Below, piece by piece: positions 27,432-40,149 of a stretch of DNA of 64,000 bases; within the stretch, counting starts at the first letter, position 1, and each line of letters opens with the position of its first letter. The stretch comes from Zootoca vivipara (taxonomy: Eukaryota), in the NCBI RefSeq assembly GCF_963506605.1, contig NC_083286.1, positions 24,986,001 through 25,050,000 of the forward strand, written 5' to 3'. A program made the translations under genes and the position numbers. The notes under the pieces are model-generated. The model saw only the letters and a program-made list of their open reading frames with translations. It ran no database searches and was not told where the DNA came from.

Positions 27432-27829
27432 CTCTAATGAGTGCTGAGTGACTGGGTTGTTGTCATTTAAATTCCACACAATGCCCCAGATAGATGCTAC
27501 TTTGGGCACATAAAGTAAAATGGTGGTAGTTCCCACACCCAGCTGTCTCACCTTTATTGGAGCGCTGAACAAAGAGTGGTGAGTCCTACTTGAGGAGTTG
27601 GCCAAGGTGCTTTCATACTGACACTGGGCCTGCATATAATACATTGCAATGGCCAAGCTTCAAAAATGAAAATCATACAGCAATTTATATTGCTACATCT
27701 AGATCAGTCAGCAGGAAGCAATGCCCATAACTACCATTGATGTCTGAGTTTCAGTCACAGTAAGAGATTCAGGAGCACCCCAAGACTGAGAAAAAAATTC
27801 CAGGGAACACTTAAGACCATTAGTAATTA

Positions 27830-27952
27830 CCATATTTTTCCATGTATAAGACTACCCCCCCCCCCCTGAAAAATAATGTCAAAGATTAGGTGGCATCTTA
27901 TACTCTGGGCCATCTCCCCCCATGGGGGCATCTTATAGACTGAAAAATACGG
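27830..27952. mobile_element. Tc1/mariner-type MITE
   Basis: TA|CCATATTTTTCCATGTATAAGA ... TCTTATAGACTGAAAAATACGG|TA. Confidence 0.7.
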
Positions 27953-30690
27953 TAGTTTCTTTATTTGCTGCCCAGAATGGAAGCGATCACAAACCTTTGT
28001 GAGTTACAGTGCACTCCTATGTGTGTCTAATTAGAAATAAGCCCCATTGAATTCAGTGCTACTCTCAGATAAGTGTGTATAGAGTTTGTCTTAGTTTTAC
28101 TGACCTCAGTGGGGCTTACCACTTAATATGATTGCACTGTTAGCCACCTTGCAGATATCCCATTCCAGCACTTGGATCCAAGTTAGGCATGAATTGGATC
28201 ACAAGCAGGTGGAGCAGGGAGGAGCAATCGGCATAAACTCTCAGCTCTCAAATCATTTATCATTATTGTTTTTCATCTAACTGGCTCCAGATTTCTGGCT
28301 GTGTTGCCAGTAAATATTATAAGCTATATATAGCTTTGGGAATAAATCACAGTATTTTGGAAGTGACATCAGCTTTGGCAAGCCTGGCAGTCAGAATGTA
28401 GACATAAAGCTAGATGCAGTATGTCTCAGTTTTGGGTTATTTGCTAAGCATTCTATTAATAATCCCAGCTGTCCTTATACTTGGCAGTCCTGCATAAATT
28501 GCTATTTAATTATGTGCTATTTATACGGCTTACAAAATGTGGTGCAAAAACTGCTGAAAAATAAAATATTTCATTTGTGGGTCAGCACATCACTGGGACG
28601 TGGGTGGCATCAAGAATCCATTCACGTCTAGAATCAGACTAATTAGGGTTGTTGTTGAACCAGAACAGGATCTGTACTACAACCATTCTTAGGTGGCCCG
28701 TTGCAAACATTAGAGGTTGATGCTGGCTCCATACGTAAAACTCACAGCAGCTTTGAAACTACTCCCCTGTCCTGTTTTGGTATGAATTTGGATGTTAAAG
28801 CTACCTGGTCAGAGAGTCAGTCAGGTGTGCCTTTCAACTTAGTCACATGGCTGGGAGGGGAGAGCAATGATCAGGTTCCCCCACTCAATACATTCTGGCA
28901 TTCACACACATATTCACAACATGGGATCACACTACGGATAAGTGGAGCTTGCACTGCTCTCTGTGTGAATGTGAATGATGTCTCCAGCTGCTCTTACAAC
29001 CGCTTGAATCTAATAAGTTATGACCATAATACTTTACAAGCAGTCAGGTAACGCAGAATATTTATCCTATGTTCTTGCTCATTCCATACCACATCATATA
29101 TTTACCATGCCAACATGCTGCTTTCTTATCATGTCTCTATTTCCCATTCTCTGATTACTCCCTTGTTTGTTTATGGTTTGCAAGTCTTGTTTGGAAGCGG
29201 GGAGAGGCACTCACCATTTCCAGATGCAGTTCCTCTTGCTACTGGTGTGTGGTAATGATGATGATGATGATGATCCAGAGTAGAGTACAATGTAGTCAAC
29301 ATGGGGGACACCAGATGTTAGGGACCTACAACTCCCATCAGCCCCAGCCAGCTCAACAAATGACCGGGGATAATGGAAATTGCACTGCCTAGCATCTGGA
29401 GGGCACTGAGTATTGGCCACCATTGTGTCCTATGACAAAGTGGAAGACAATGGGGTGGCTGAATGCCCGAGAATCCTGACTTCCATGTTTCTTTGGTTGG
29501 AATGATTCTTAGGCTAACATAACATCACCTTTTGAGTGGTAGTACGAACAGAGTGACAGAGTTGCCAACCTGAAAAAGTAAACCTTTTAAGTTTTACTTA
29601 ACTGGCAGGACATTTCCCTCCCCTGCGCTAAAGTTAAAATTCCTTCCGACGCCATCACAGGCGATTGTTTAACACAAGTGATTTTTGATAGGGGTAGACA
29701 CAGTGGCAGCGACTTTTCTCACAGCTTCTTAACCTCCCTGCTTTCCCTGATGTAGAACATGTTTTATTTTCCTCGGTGAAAATAACTGGAAGTGCCTTTC
29801 CTGCGCCGCAGAAAGAGAATAAATGAGGGCAGATATTTCTCAGTCAGTTTCTCTTTCTGCTTTCTTCTTCCTTTTTCTTTTGAGCAGCTAACATGTGGTC
29901 CCAAACTTCCCATTACTCCTGACATACTGGGGGATCACTTCAGGTACTGTTCTCTTTCATTCTGACAAGTGAAATTAAAAAAGGCCAAATGATAAAATTT
30001 TGTATTTGACACAGTCAAAAAGACTTGACAATTATTCCAGAAGCCTTCTGCTCCCAGACTCGCTTCTGGAGCCAGCGGTAAGGCATATTTCTTTTCAACG
30101 AGGGCCGTGTCGTGAATTCTAAATGCGCTTAAGATATTGTGCTTCCTGGGAGTTTTACAAAATACTCTAAATATGTGGCAGGGGAAGTCGGATGAGACTG
30201 TGGCTGCCAAAGCAGGGAGAACTGATAGAGGCAAAAAAAAAAGAAAAAGAAAAAAAGATGAGTGATTTTCTTCCATGTATCTTCTAAACTGAATGTGCAC
30301 TTACATTTCAGCAAATGCAGATGCCCTTCATTGCTATTTTTGCCCCCCTACAGTATTTTAATTGGCTCATATCTTTTCCATTGGGGGTATGTATATGGAA
30401 TAAAACGGTGACAGGAAAGCATTACCTAAGCTAGGGTTGCTATGCAGACTGGAAGATTAGAGATTACCAAAGGTCAGGTGTCTGCCTCAAGTGCCTAGAA
30501 CAGGTGGGCACAGAGAAATAACCTGTTGGCTTTCCTCAAGCATCAGGCTGCTCCTCAGATGTAGGAGCTTCATAGCAAGCAGTAGCAAGAGATTGGTTAT
30601 CTGGGACCACCTGATTCCCGGGACAATGTTCTGCTAGCCTACAGTTTTCTCTGCTAACCAAAGTCCCTGGTGGAAATTGGTGCCTTAGGT

Positions 30691-30826
30691 CAGTGGTCCT
30701 CAACCTTGGGCCTCCAGATGTTTTTGGCCTACAACTCCCATGATCCCTAGCTAGCAGGACCAGTGGTCAGGGATTATGGGAATTGTAGTCTCAAAACATC
30801 TGGAGGCCCAAGGTTGAGGACCACTG
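30691..30826. mobile_element. hAT MITE (136-bp palindrome)
   Basis: TIR CAGTGGTCCTCAACCTTGGGCCTCCAGATG; 8-bp TSD CCTTAGGT. Confidence 0.92.
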
Positions 30827-30966
30827 CCTTAGGTGACCTGCCAGCATCCCAGCTCAAGACCCATGGCACCTGATATCAGCTTTCAATATGGAAGAATTTG
30901 GTCAGGTTCTTAAGATAATTTTTAAAAAATATTTCTCAGTGGATTTGCAGATGATGTACTGGTCTT

Positions 30967-31403
30967 AATAATAATAATAATAATAATAATATTTTATTTA
31001 TACCCCGCCCTCCCCAGTCAAAACCGGGCTCAGGGCGGCTAACACCAATACAATTACAATAAAACATAAAAAGCAATTAATTAAAATACAGACTAAAATA
31101 CAATATTAAAATTTAAAATGCAGCCTCATTTTAAGGAGTCCATAAATCCAAGCCATGAGGGAGGAAAATACAGGGGTCAGACTAAGTCCAACCCAAAGGC
31201 CAGGCGGAACAGCTCTGTCTTGCAGGCCCTGCAGAAAGATGACAAATCCCACAGGGCCCTGGTCTCCTGTGAAAGAGCGTTCCACCAAGTTGACGCCAAT
31301 ACTGAAAAGGCCCTGGCCCTAGTAGAGGCCAATCTAGCCACCTTTTGGCTCGGGATCTCCAGAATATTGTTGTTTGTGGACCTTAAGGTCCTCCGCGGGG
31401 CAC
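30967..31403 (-). mobile_element. L2-clade LINE 3' fragment (second subfamily)
   Basis: (TAA)n tail, TTTATACCCCGCCC end motif, reverse of AGGGCCTTTTCAG...TGGTGGAACGCTCT. Confidence 0.8.
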
Positions 31404-32849
31404 ACCATCTTGTAGATGGTTCAGCTTTTGTCTAGCCTATGCAGCAGTGCAGTTGACGATGTGGCCCTTGTCAGGTGGAGAGGACCACCAGGCTAGGCTG
31501 TGCTGGGAGCACCTGCATGGGGGCGCTTGATTTGTGCCCCCTCAAAAATTGTGCGTCTGGGGTCACGGTCCCCTTGGCACCCCCCATGCTACACCGCTCA
31601 GCCTATGACTCAACCGTTTGAGAAATCTTTGACAAGTTTGCTAAACTATGATGATTTGGTTTGGGATCTGGACAACTCTGGTTTGATACTTGGAGATCCA
31701 ATGAAAAAATATTTTCAGCAAATATTTAATTTCAACATGCAAAATATGGGTGTATGCGTTAATAAGTTCACTCCATTATTATTTCTTATAGTTTCTTATC
31801 TATATTGGCTTTTTCAGATCACAGGTAGATTTCAAAAGAAGAAAAAAGATATTTAATAATAATAATACTACTGTATTTATTTTCATGGTACATAAGATAA
31901 ATTTTGAGAAAACAATTGTTGCAATGGTAAAGAGCAGATAACTGATAAAATTTTGAGTATCTATAAAAATTGTATATATATATATGAATGAAATAATTAG
32001 AATCATTAACAGAAAGAGAACATCAATTGTACTGTGCTACTGACAAGCGATGTAAAAAAATGAAACAATATGTTGTGAGTTAGAATTTACTCCATGCATA
32101 TACTTGCTTAATTATATATTGGACCAGAGTTCAAAACAACTTCATGTATTGACAGTGAATCTCATTATATAAGCTAGAATCATGTTCAGTAGATATTGGA
32201 AATCTACAAAATGTCCATCAAAGGAGGCATGGTAAGAAACTGTTTGGCATGCCATGGCAAAATTAAATGCTTGTAGAAAAGTGCATTATAGAAAGGAGAA
32301 ATCAATTGAGCTTGCCGATAGATAGAGTTTGCTGATTCATCATATGAAAAATAATAGTGCGTGTGTAATGCTTGGAATTTCCACTTTATGAATCTGTTGT
32401 GAGTTCTTGCACATGCTTGAACTAATTTTAAAACATTTTAAACATGAAAATTAACAGCGAGCAGAAACTTTCCTGCCCAGTATCATTGGGAGAGTATTGA
32501 TCTGGGCCACTACTTTTCTATTTTGTAATAAATAAAATCTTTTTGTTTTTCACCCAAACGGAAGCAGTGTGCTCTATTGTAACCCCACTCCATAACAATA
32601 TCCCTTTGACACACCATGACTCTTAGCCCAAAATCTTGGAAATCGAGCGTCAGTTGGTGACTCGTGTAAACTGTGTGTTTGCATTAGGTAGGTGGGATCG
32701 TGAAAGACAAGGAGAGTTAATAAGTGATAGATTTCAAAATCCAAAAAAACAGAACCACTGTGTTCCTAGTATCAATGATCTGCTAAAATCATCTTACTGT
32801 GAATTGGCTGCCCAAGACTTGACTAAACTTCAGTCACCAAAAGGAAGTA

Positions 32850-33074
32850 CAGTGGTACCTCGAGTTACAAACGCTTTAGGTTACAAAATCCGCTAACCTG
32901 GAAGAGTTACCTTGAGTTGAGAACTTTGCCCCAGGATGAGAATGGAAATTGTGTGCCGGCGGTGCAGCGGCAGCAAGAGGCCCCTTTAGCGAAAGCACAC
33001 CTCAGGTTAAGAACAGTTTCAGGTTAAGAATGGACATCCAGAACAAATCAAGTTCATAACTAGAGGTACCACTG
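32850..33074. mobile_element. Tc1/mariner (Tigger-like) MITE
   Basis: TA|CAGTGGTACCTCGAGTTA ... TAACTAGAGGTACCACTG|TA. Confidence 0.85.
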
Positions 33075-33110
33075 TAGAAACAGCAGCTTCTTCCTCACAT
33101 ACAGCTGTCA

Positions 33111-33419
33111 CATACCCTCCAACATCCCATTCCATAATGATAACTTTACTATTTATACCCCACACACCTTACTGGGTTGCCCCAGCCACTCTGGGCAGCT
33201 TCCAACATATGTAAAAATAATAATAAAACATTAAACTTCCCTATACAGGATTGCCTTCAGTTGGCTCGGAGATTGGATAACTCCGTACCCTCCAACATTT
33301 CTCCAATGAAAATAGGGGCATCCTAAGGAAAAGGGGGACATCTGAAATCAAATCAGAAACCGGGACGGCTTCTCTAAATCAGGGACGTCCCTGGAAAATA
33401 GGGACACTTGGAGGATCTG
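33111..33419. mobile_element. Composite hAT-like element with a duplicated left end and a captured L2 tail
   Basis: TACCCTCCAACAT at 33113 and 33286; right end CTTGGAGGATCTG; GGGAC subterminal repeats; L2 3' fragment at ~33150-33260. Confidence 0.6.
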
Positions 33420-33966
33420 ATGTAATTTCCACAATAAAAGATTTGTTGGAAATGGCTGGATTTTTTTTTGCACATTTCCAAGTGTACACCATTTCTTTGC
33501 TTCAGCAGCATGAAAATATGTCAAGGCTAGCACTCATCTCAGAATGGTCACTTTGTCATGAGGGCTGCATGACTCATGTGGATTGTTGTTTTTCAATGAC
33601 CGGTATTATAAAAAAATTATTCCAGCACTTTGAAAGTACATTCTGATGTAAGGCTAATTCAAAAGGTTTTGCAGTATGCTTTAAAAAATAATAACGATTT
33701 GAACAATGATATGCTGTTATGTTGACACCCTGTAGCACATCACTGCCTTTGTACAAGTCCTTTATGAAATCATTTGCTTAAAGAGCCCAGCAAATCATAG
33801 GGGTACCTGATCTCTCTAGTATTTATCTAGGTATGTTATTCTATTAGAGGAAAAGAATTAATAGCTTTTCTGTTGCTGCAATTCCTCCGCCATGAAATGT
33901 CTCTGTGTTTAATTTTTGTGTATTTGTTATTGCTTTGTGATTATTTTTAAAAAATAATTACCCCAG

Positions 33967-33968
<2 letters not shown>

Positions 33969-34014
<46 letters not shown>

Positions 34015-34026
34015 ATATATATATAT
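33969..34026. repeat. (AT)n microsatellite
   Basis: Direct reading. Confidence 0.95.
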
Positions 34027-34387
34027 CTTTCATCAATAAGGAGGGCAGGATGTATTGCAAAAATCATAGTTAAACAGCAATATAAATAGTTGCAAAATAA
34101 CCGCATCTAACTATTCAATGAAACCTATCCCAGGTAGGTGAGGTTACAATTGTAGTGAAAACAAATTAATACAACCAAACAGTTAAAACAACAGTTGCAA
34201 CAATAGCATCTCTGCAGCAAACTGAGGCCTCTAATTGCATTAGGTCTCATCAAATAACTCAACTCTACATCAAATAACTCAACTCAACTCAAAAGCCCTG
34301 GATGACAAAGTATGTAAGGTGCCAAAGGGAGGGAGTTAGGACAACTACATTAGTAAAGAAAAACGTTTTATAGGCGTTATAACACTC

Positions 34388-34405
34388 TGACACCAGATGG
34401 CGCTG
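34388..34405 (+). promoter_or_regulatory. Candidate CTCF site
   Basis: TGACACCAGATGGCGCTG fits the core CCASYAGRKGGCRS with one mismatch. Confidence 0.5.
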
Positions 34406-35502
34406 TGGAGTCCCGTCTTTCGCCAACGTGATTTCCCACTATGAGGTTTACAACGCGTTTCCTTGAAATGCTTTTATGATGTTTCTAGATCCAGCCTTAG
34501 GCTTCCACATAAGTGGACCATTCTGTTCAGTATAAAATATATTTGGAGCTTTTGAGTTTCTTCTACATGTATCTCCCCCAGACTTCAACAGGGCACCCTT
34601 TTAAACCGTCTGTTCCCATTCCCTGTGCAGATGCTGTTCAGGCACTCTTTTCTCTGTCTCTCTTAGCTACAGAAAAGGGTACATTTTGCCAGGCCAGAAA
34701 CAACTCTTTGCCTTCTTTCTGGGCCTCTCTCCCTATAAATACAAGACTCTCATTATCAGCTCTTGACTACGCAACACACCATGGCTGCATTATCATTTGG
34801 AGGACAGATGGGTTCAATTGTTGTTATTAATAATTCTAGTACCGGTATGTGCTATTTAAATTGTATTGTATGTTGTCTTTTGCTTTTGCTAGCTGCCTTG
34901 AGTTCCTATTTGGAAACATCATGGGGTATATGTTTGTTTTAAATTAAATAAATAATAATGGTTGCCTCAGTTTCCTGAGCACTCTTGCCTCGACTTCCCT
35001 GTCCCTGGTGATGTTTCTTTACTCTTGGTTCTGTTTCTAGCTGGACTCCCTGTTTCCGACATGCTCTCAGATGGATTTACAGTACCAGCTTTGACCTTCT
35101 TGTTTTATCTCAAAGTTCTCATCCCATTGTCATAATAAGCTTGCTCAGCTCAGTCTTCTGACCTCTTTAGTACGCTTGGTTATGGGATTCTTGTATTCCT
35201 GTGATTGCCTATCCTCTGAGAATGCCTGAATCCTGAATATGTTGAACCATTGTGTCCAAATATATGCTGACTCTGGTCATCTGAACATGAACAAAGATGC
35301 GTAAGACAAAGATGAGAGTGGTTTTTTTGGAACTGCCCAAATGGGTTTCAGTATTAGATTTTAGATTTTATGATCTCTTTAAAAAGTAGCTTTTCATAAC
35401 CACGTGATACTGTAAGAGATGGACTGACATGTACCAGGCCATATTTAGTTATGCCCATTGAAATAAGTGGAATTTAGATTGGTCATGGCTAATTTAAGCC
35501 CT

Positions 35503-35661
35503 GTTGTTGTTGTTTAGTCGTTTAGTCGTGTCCGACTCTTCGTGACCCCATGTCGTAGTGGAGAGTTTTGACTAAACGTGATCCACCTGGAGAAGAAACT
35601 GGCAAGCCACTCCAGTATCCCTGCCAAGAAAACTCCATGGACAAAGACAACAGGCATATAA
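35503..35661. mobile_element. BovB insertion with 5' inversion (minus-strand 3' tail plus plus-strand 5'-region piece)
   Basis: TSD AATTTAAGCCCT (35491, 35662). 35503-35552 is the reverse BovB tail; 35553-35661 resembles the BovB 5'/Bov-A segment. Confidence 0.8.
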
Positions 35662-35700
35662 AATTTAAGCCCTACCGTATTGCTTTCAGTAGATCTACTC

Positions 35701-35836
35701 CAGGCACCCCCGAACTCGGCCCTCCAGATGTTTTGGGACTACAACTCCCATCATCCCTAGCTAAGAGGACCAGTGGTCAGGGATGATGGGAATTGTAGTC
35801 CCAAAACATCTGGAGGGCCGGGGTTGGGGATGCCTG
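35701..35836. mobile_element. hAT MITE (136-bp palindrome)
   Basis: TIR CAGGCACCCCC.../...GGGGATGCCTG; TSD ATCTACTC. Confidence 0.92.
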
Positions 35837-36820
35837 ATCTACTCTAAATCCAGATACAGCACACCGATATGCACTCTTGCTCTCTGTTTATTCAGGGGCA
35901 ACTGTTAACACCACAAGCCTACCTATGGGTTTTGTATCCTCAGCAAGACTTGGGGCTGCTTTTGTCTAAGCACTTTATAAGTTTTGATTCGACTGTTGAA
36001 AAGGGAAAGGAAATTTTGCTTAAAATGAACTTTGGGATCAATTAATCAAAAACCAGGAGGCCGTGAAGATGGCAACCATGTTTGACAAGTTAAACCTGAA
36101 TTATCCTTTTGGGGGGGACTTAATTGTGACTGGATTCTGAGAAGTTTATTACCTTGATGTAGAAAGGCACTTTTGAGATGAGTTGTAAAGACAGATAAAG
36201 AGTAAATTATCTACAAGAAAAACACAAATCATATATATTTGGCAACAGGGGTCTAGGCTAGCTGTCATACGACAATGGAGAAGGGGGCAAGGTAGAGAGG
36301 AGGTGAAGTGTGATGGTGTGGGGACTAAATCAGGTAGGACTAAAAAGAAAAGCAACAATTTATTTTTGGCAAGCATAATAGTGAGAATAAAACGGATGGT
36401 ATTTAGATCTTCAAGAGGATAAATATGTGAAACTCATATTGGTGTATATTCTGATCATATGTAATATATTTCAGGGAACGTCAGTGATTTTTGGTGATAG
36501 ATATTACATCCATGTGTGTGTTTGCGGAAATTTACACACTATCACGGCCCACGGGAAACAAATTTACATGACTGTTTCTTCATATATTCAAAAAATGAAA
36601 AGCCATGGGAAACATAATTTATGGGCCATTTTGTCGTCTACTCTTGTTCTTTATAAAACACTGTGATCTTGTACCTCAGCTTTGACTCCAGCACAGGGAT
36701 ATGGCCCTTCCAATGTTGTTGGATCACAGCTCCCATAACCCCCAACTATTGTCTGTGCAGCCAGAGGCTGATGAAGGTTGGAGCCTAACAATATCTGGAG
36801 AGCCACATACCTACCATCTT

Positions 36821-37271
36821 TACTGCCGCCGAGACCACATAACACCGGTCTTGAAAGATCTACATTGGCTCCCAGTACGTTTCCGAGCACAATTCAAAGT
36901 GTTGGTGCTGACCTTTAAAGCCCTAAATGGCCTTGGTCCAGAATACCTGAAGGAGCGTCTCCACCTCCATCATTCTGCCCGGACACTGAGGTCCGGCACC
37001 GAGGGCCTTCTGGCGGTTCCCTCATTGCGAGATGCCAAGTTGTAGGGAACTAGGCAGAGGGCCTTCTCGGTGGTGGCGCCTGCCCTGTGGAACGCCCTCC
37101 CAACAGATGTCAAAGAGGAAAACAACTACCAGACTTTTAGAAGACATCTGAAGGCAGCCCTGTTCAGAGAGGCTTTTAATGTTTAATAGATTATTGTGTT
37201 TTAATTTTCTGTTGGAAGCCACCCAGAGTGGTTGGGGAAACCCAGCCAGATGGGCAGGGTATAAATAATAA

Positions 37272-37315
<44 letters not shown>
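36821..37315 (+). mobile_element. L2-clade LINE 3' fragment
   Basis: Peptide RRDHITPVLKDLHWLPVRFRAQFKVLVLTFKALNGLGPEYL; (TTA)n tail. Confidence 0.92.
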
Positions 37316-38275
37316 TCCAGCAGCCTCTCTCTGCTCTGGGTTTTTTCACCTTTGTGTTCTGTGAAACAGCAGTCAGCGCTTCAAAATACAGAACAATGTG
37401 GCATAAAGGTTTGTTTCTTGGTTTTTAGTTCTTTGTGACCCAAGGCAGTGGGCAGAGCAATCCAAACTCCTGATCCAACACACTGGAGAAAGTTTGGACA
37501 CCCCTGGCCAAGCCTACCTAGTTCTGTTGGCTTCTGTTAGCCAGATGGAAACCCTAAAACTGTATGGTTTGGAGGCTAGGCTGCCACATACTCTACTCCT
37601 GTGCCAACCCTGCTGTCAACATATTGCAATGTAAACCAGGTCCATTCTGGATTGGGTGCAGTGGAAGGATATTTTCCCCTGCCCGTTTCTGCTCTGGCTC
37701 CGCCGTAGCCAGCTCTGGGTTCGATTTGACCCCTAATTCTGGGGGGGGGGGGGAAACCCACTAACATTTTAAATGAGCAGTGCCTATTTCCCCCCACAAC
37801 TGAAGTCTTAAATAGACAGGCGGGAGAGTGAGGCAGTCAGGTAAAGAAGACATCAGAGCTTTCTCCAGCTCCATTGTCCATCCTCCTATCTCTGGATGAC
37901 CACGTGACACCAACTGACCTGTGGGTAGAGACAAGGAAGGGAGGCAGGCAAAAATATTCTATTAATAAGCACTTACTCCTAGTCTAGCTGGACTGTTTAC
38001 CACCCTGACAGCATTGGCTGACGACTGCCTTGTAAGAAGGGTCTAGATGAGTTAGGTTTCAGTGTTTTCTTACTGTGATTTGATTACAATATTTTTAGTT
38101 TCTACATAAGCCACCTTGGAAGGATTTTGTATCATTCAAGATGGGGGATATAAATATTTATAGTAAGGAAGTAAAGTGCAATATAATGAGACCCTAGTGC
38201 CCCCTACCACACAAATGTAGCATCCCCTGCTCCCCAATCCATGTCTCAGTGGTCAGGCTGGGCAATACACAGATA

Positions 38276-38596
38276 CAGTGGAACCTCGGTTTATGAACAC
38301 CTCGGTTTACGAATTTTCGGTTTACGAATGCCGCGGACCCATCTGGAATGGATTAATTCACTTTCCATTACTTTGAATGGGAAAGTTCGCTTCAGTTTAT
38401 GAACGCTTCAGTTTATGAACAGACTTCCGGAACCAATTACACCCATGCTGCGGGTTAAGTACGCTTCAGGTTGAGTACTCTGCGGACCCGTCTGGAACGG
38501 ATTAATCCACTTTCCATTACTTTGAATGGGAAAGTTCGCTTCAGTTTATGAACAGACTTACGGAACCAATTGTGTTCATAAACCGAGGTACCACTG
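38276..38596. mobile_element. Tc1/mariner MITE, same family as 2275-2611
   Basis: TA TSD; TIR CAGTGGAACCTCGGTTTATGAAC; the same 149-bp internal duplication. Confidence 0.88.
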
Positions 38597-38954
38597 TATA
38601 TCTGTATATCACGATGTTAAGCTGGTGATATATCACAATGTTGAAAACCAGGTATCACCCAGCCCTGCGTGGCTTGTGGCTCAGACTACTGCAATAAGGA
38701 ACAAGGGACACAGGGAAGAGAGGAGGCCTGATTTTGTCATAGCCAGGAGTGCAGACTCCTTTGCTAAGACTCCTCAGCCAATCCTCTCTAGTACCCATAA
38801 GACACGTTGGCTAACCATGGTTTAAATAAGTGCTCCTAGAATCATAGCTTGTTTCAGGAAAGTATCAGAAACCAAGTCTGTGCTTGGCGGCTGTGTATTT
38901 TGCTTGGTTTGCTGGCACAAATAGCCTGCTCAGTGGACCAAATAGAGAAGAATA

Positions 38955-39150
38955 CAGTGGTACCTCTACTTACGAATGTTTCTACTTACGAACGGAGCAC
39001 CGTCCGCCATCTTGGATGCGGTTTAGATAGGGTTGCTTCGACTTACGAATTTTTCTCCCAATGCATTCCTATGGGATTCGACTTACAAATTTTTTCGACT
39101 TACGAATGTGCGTTCTGAACGCATTAAATTCGTAAGTAGAGGTACCACTG
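38955..39150. mobile_element. Tc1/mariner MITE
   Basis: TA|CAGTGGTACCTCTACTTACGAAT ... ATTCGTAAGTAGAGGTACCACTG|TA; internal ACTTACGAA repeats. Confidence 0.9.
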
Positions 39151-40135
39151 TACAGTACATGGAAATTCTGTTACCTGAAAAGAAATTTCTGCAGCAGAAA
39201 TGGCAGCCATGAATCCACATAATCAAATCTTCCTCTGCTTTTTAGCTGTCAGAGAGGTGGTCTTTTAAAGGAAACAAAGAGATTGTATTATGCTAACGTG
39301 ACCCTCTTTACATTTGGGCAAGTGCTTAAATTAACATGTCCAAATGTTAAAGGAATCCCATCTCCCACATTTGAAACAGATTTCCTCCTCCCAGTCATCT
39401 CCTGTGTTGAGCATGCAAAGAAAATCCCCAGAACACAGCATAGCATGGCCCCGGCACCCAAATCTGTTGATAACTGTTTGAATAGCAATTACTAACACAC
39501 TTACTTCACCATTTGGCTTGTATCCATTACTTCTAATTTCCAAGTCTGGGAGTAAATGGAGATGTGCATCTGAGAAAACAGACGAGGCATGGAGATAAAA
39601 ATTGCATGGATAGATTCAAAACACACTCACTCACAAATCCAGTAATTTTATAGCTTGTTAAAGAACCATCTGAGGAATTAGTATGCATCATCGGGCTTCA
39701 GAATTCAGAGAAGATTAGCACTGTGCGTTTAACCTACGTCCTATAAATGTATTGGTTTCATTTTGCATGGGAATAATACGTAACTCAGCATCTTTCTCAT
39801 CCATCAAACTAGACTGATGATCAAACTACGATTACAAATGTGCTGTCATTTTATGTATTTTGATTCTCTTCTCCATTACCTTTTGATAATTAGCTGCTTG
39901 ATCTTTTTATAAGGTAGTTTTTCTTTGCTCTTTAAATCTAATAGAAACTAAAGCTCAAATGAGCACATTATCTGAACACTCACTCTCTAGAAGAAATGAT
40001 TGAACAGTCCATTCTTTTTTAAAAGTAGTTTGCATGTAGATATGTTTAATGCTCACCAGTATATAATTTTAATGTGAAAGAACTCTCTTTGTGGAGAATT
40101 CAGCCTGCCACTGGATGTTTAAATTTTCAGTGTCT

Positions 40136-40149
40136 GTTGCCATGGCAAC
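40136..40149. promoter_or_regulatory. Perfect RFX X-box palindrome
   Basis: GTTGCCATGGCAAC in repeat-free DNA. Confidence 0.55.

Noticed and set aside
36150-36420. Very old L1 C-terminal remnant (RLAVIRQWR)
   Set aside because: Too short and degraded to delimit or support.
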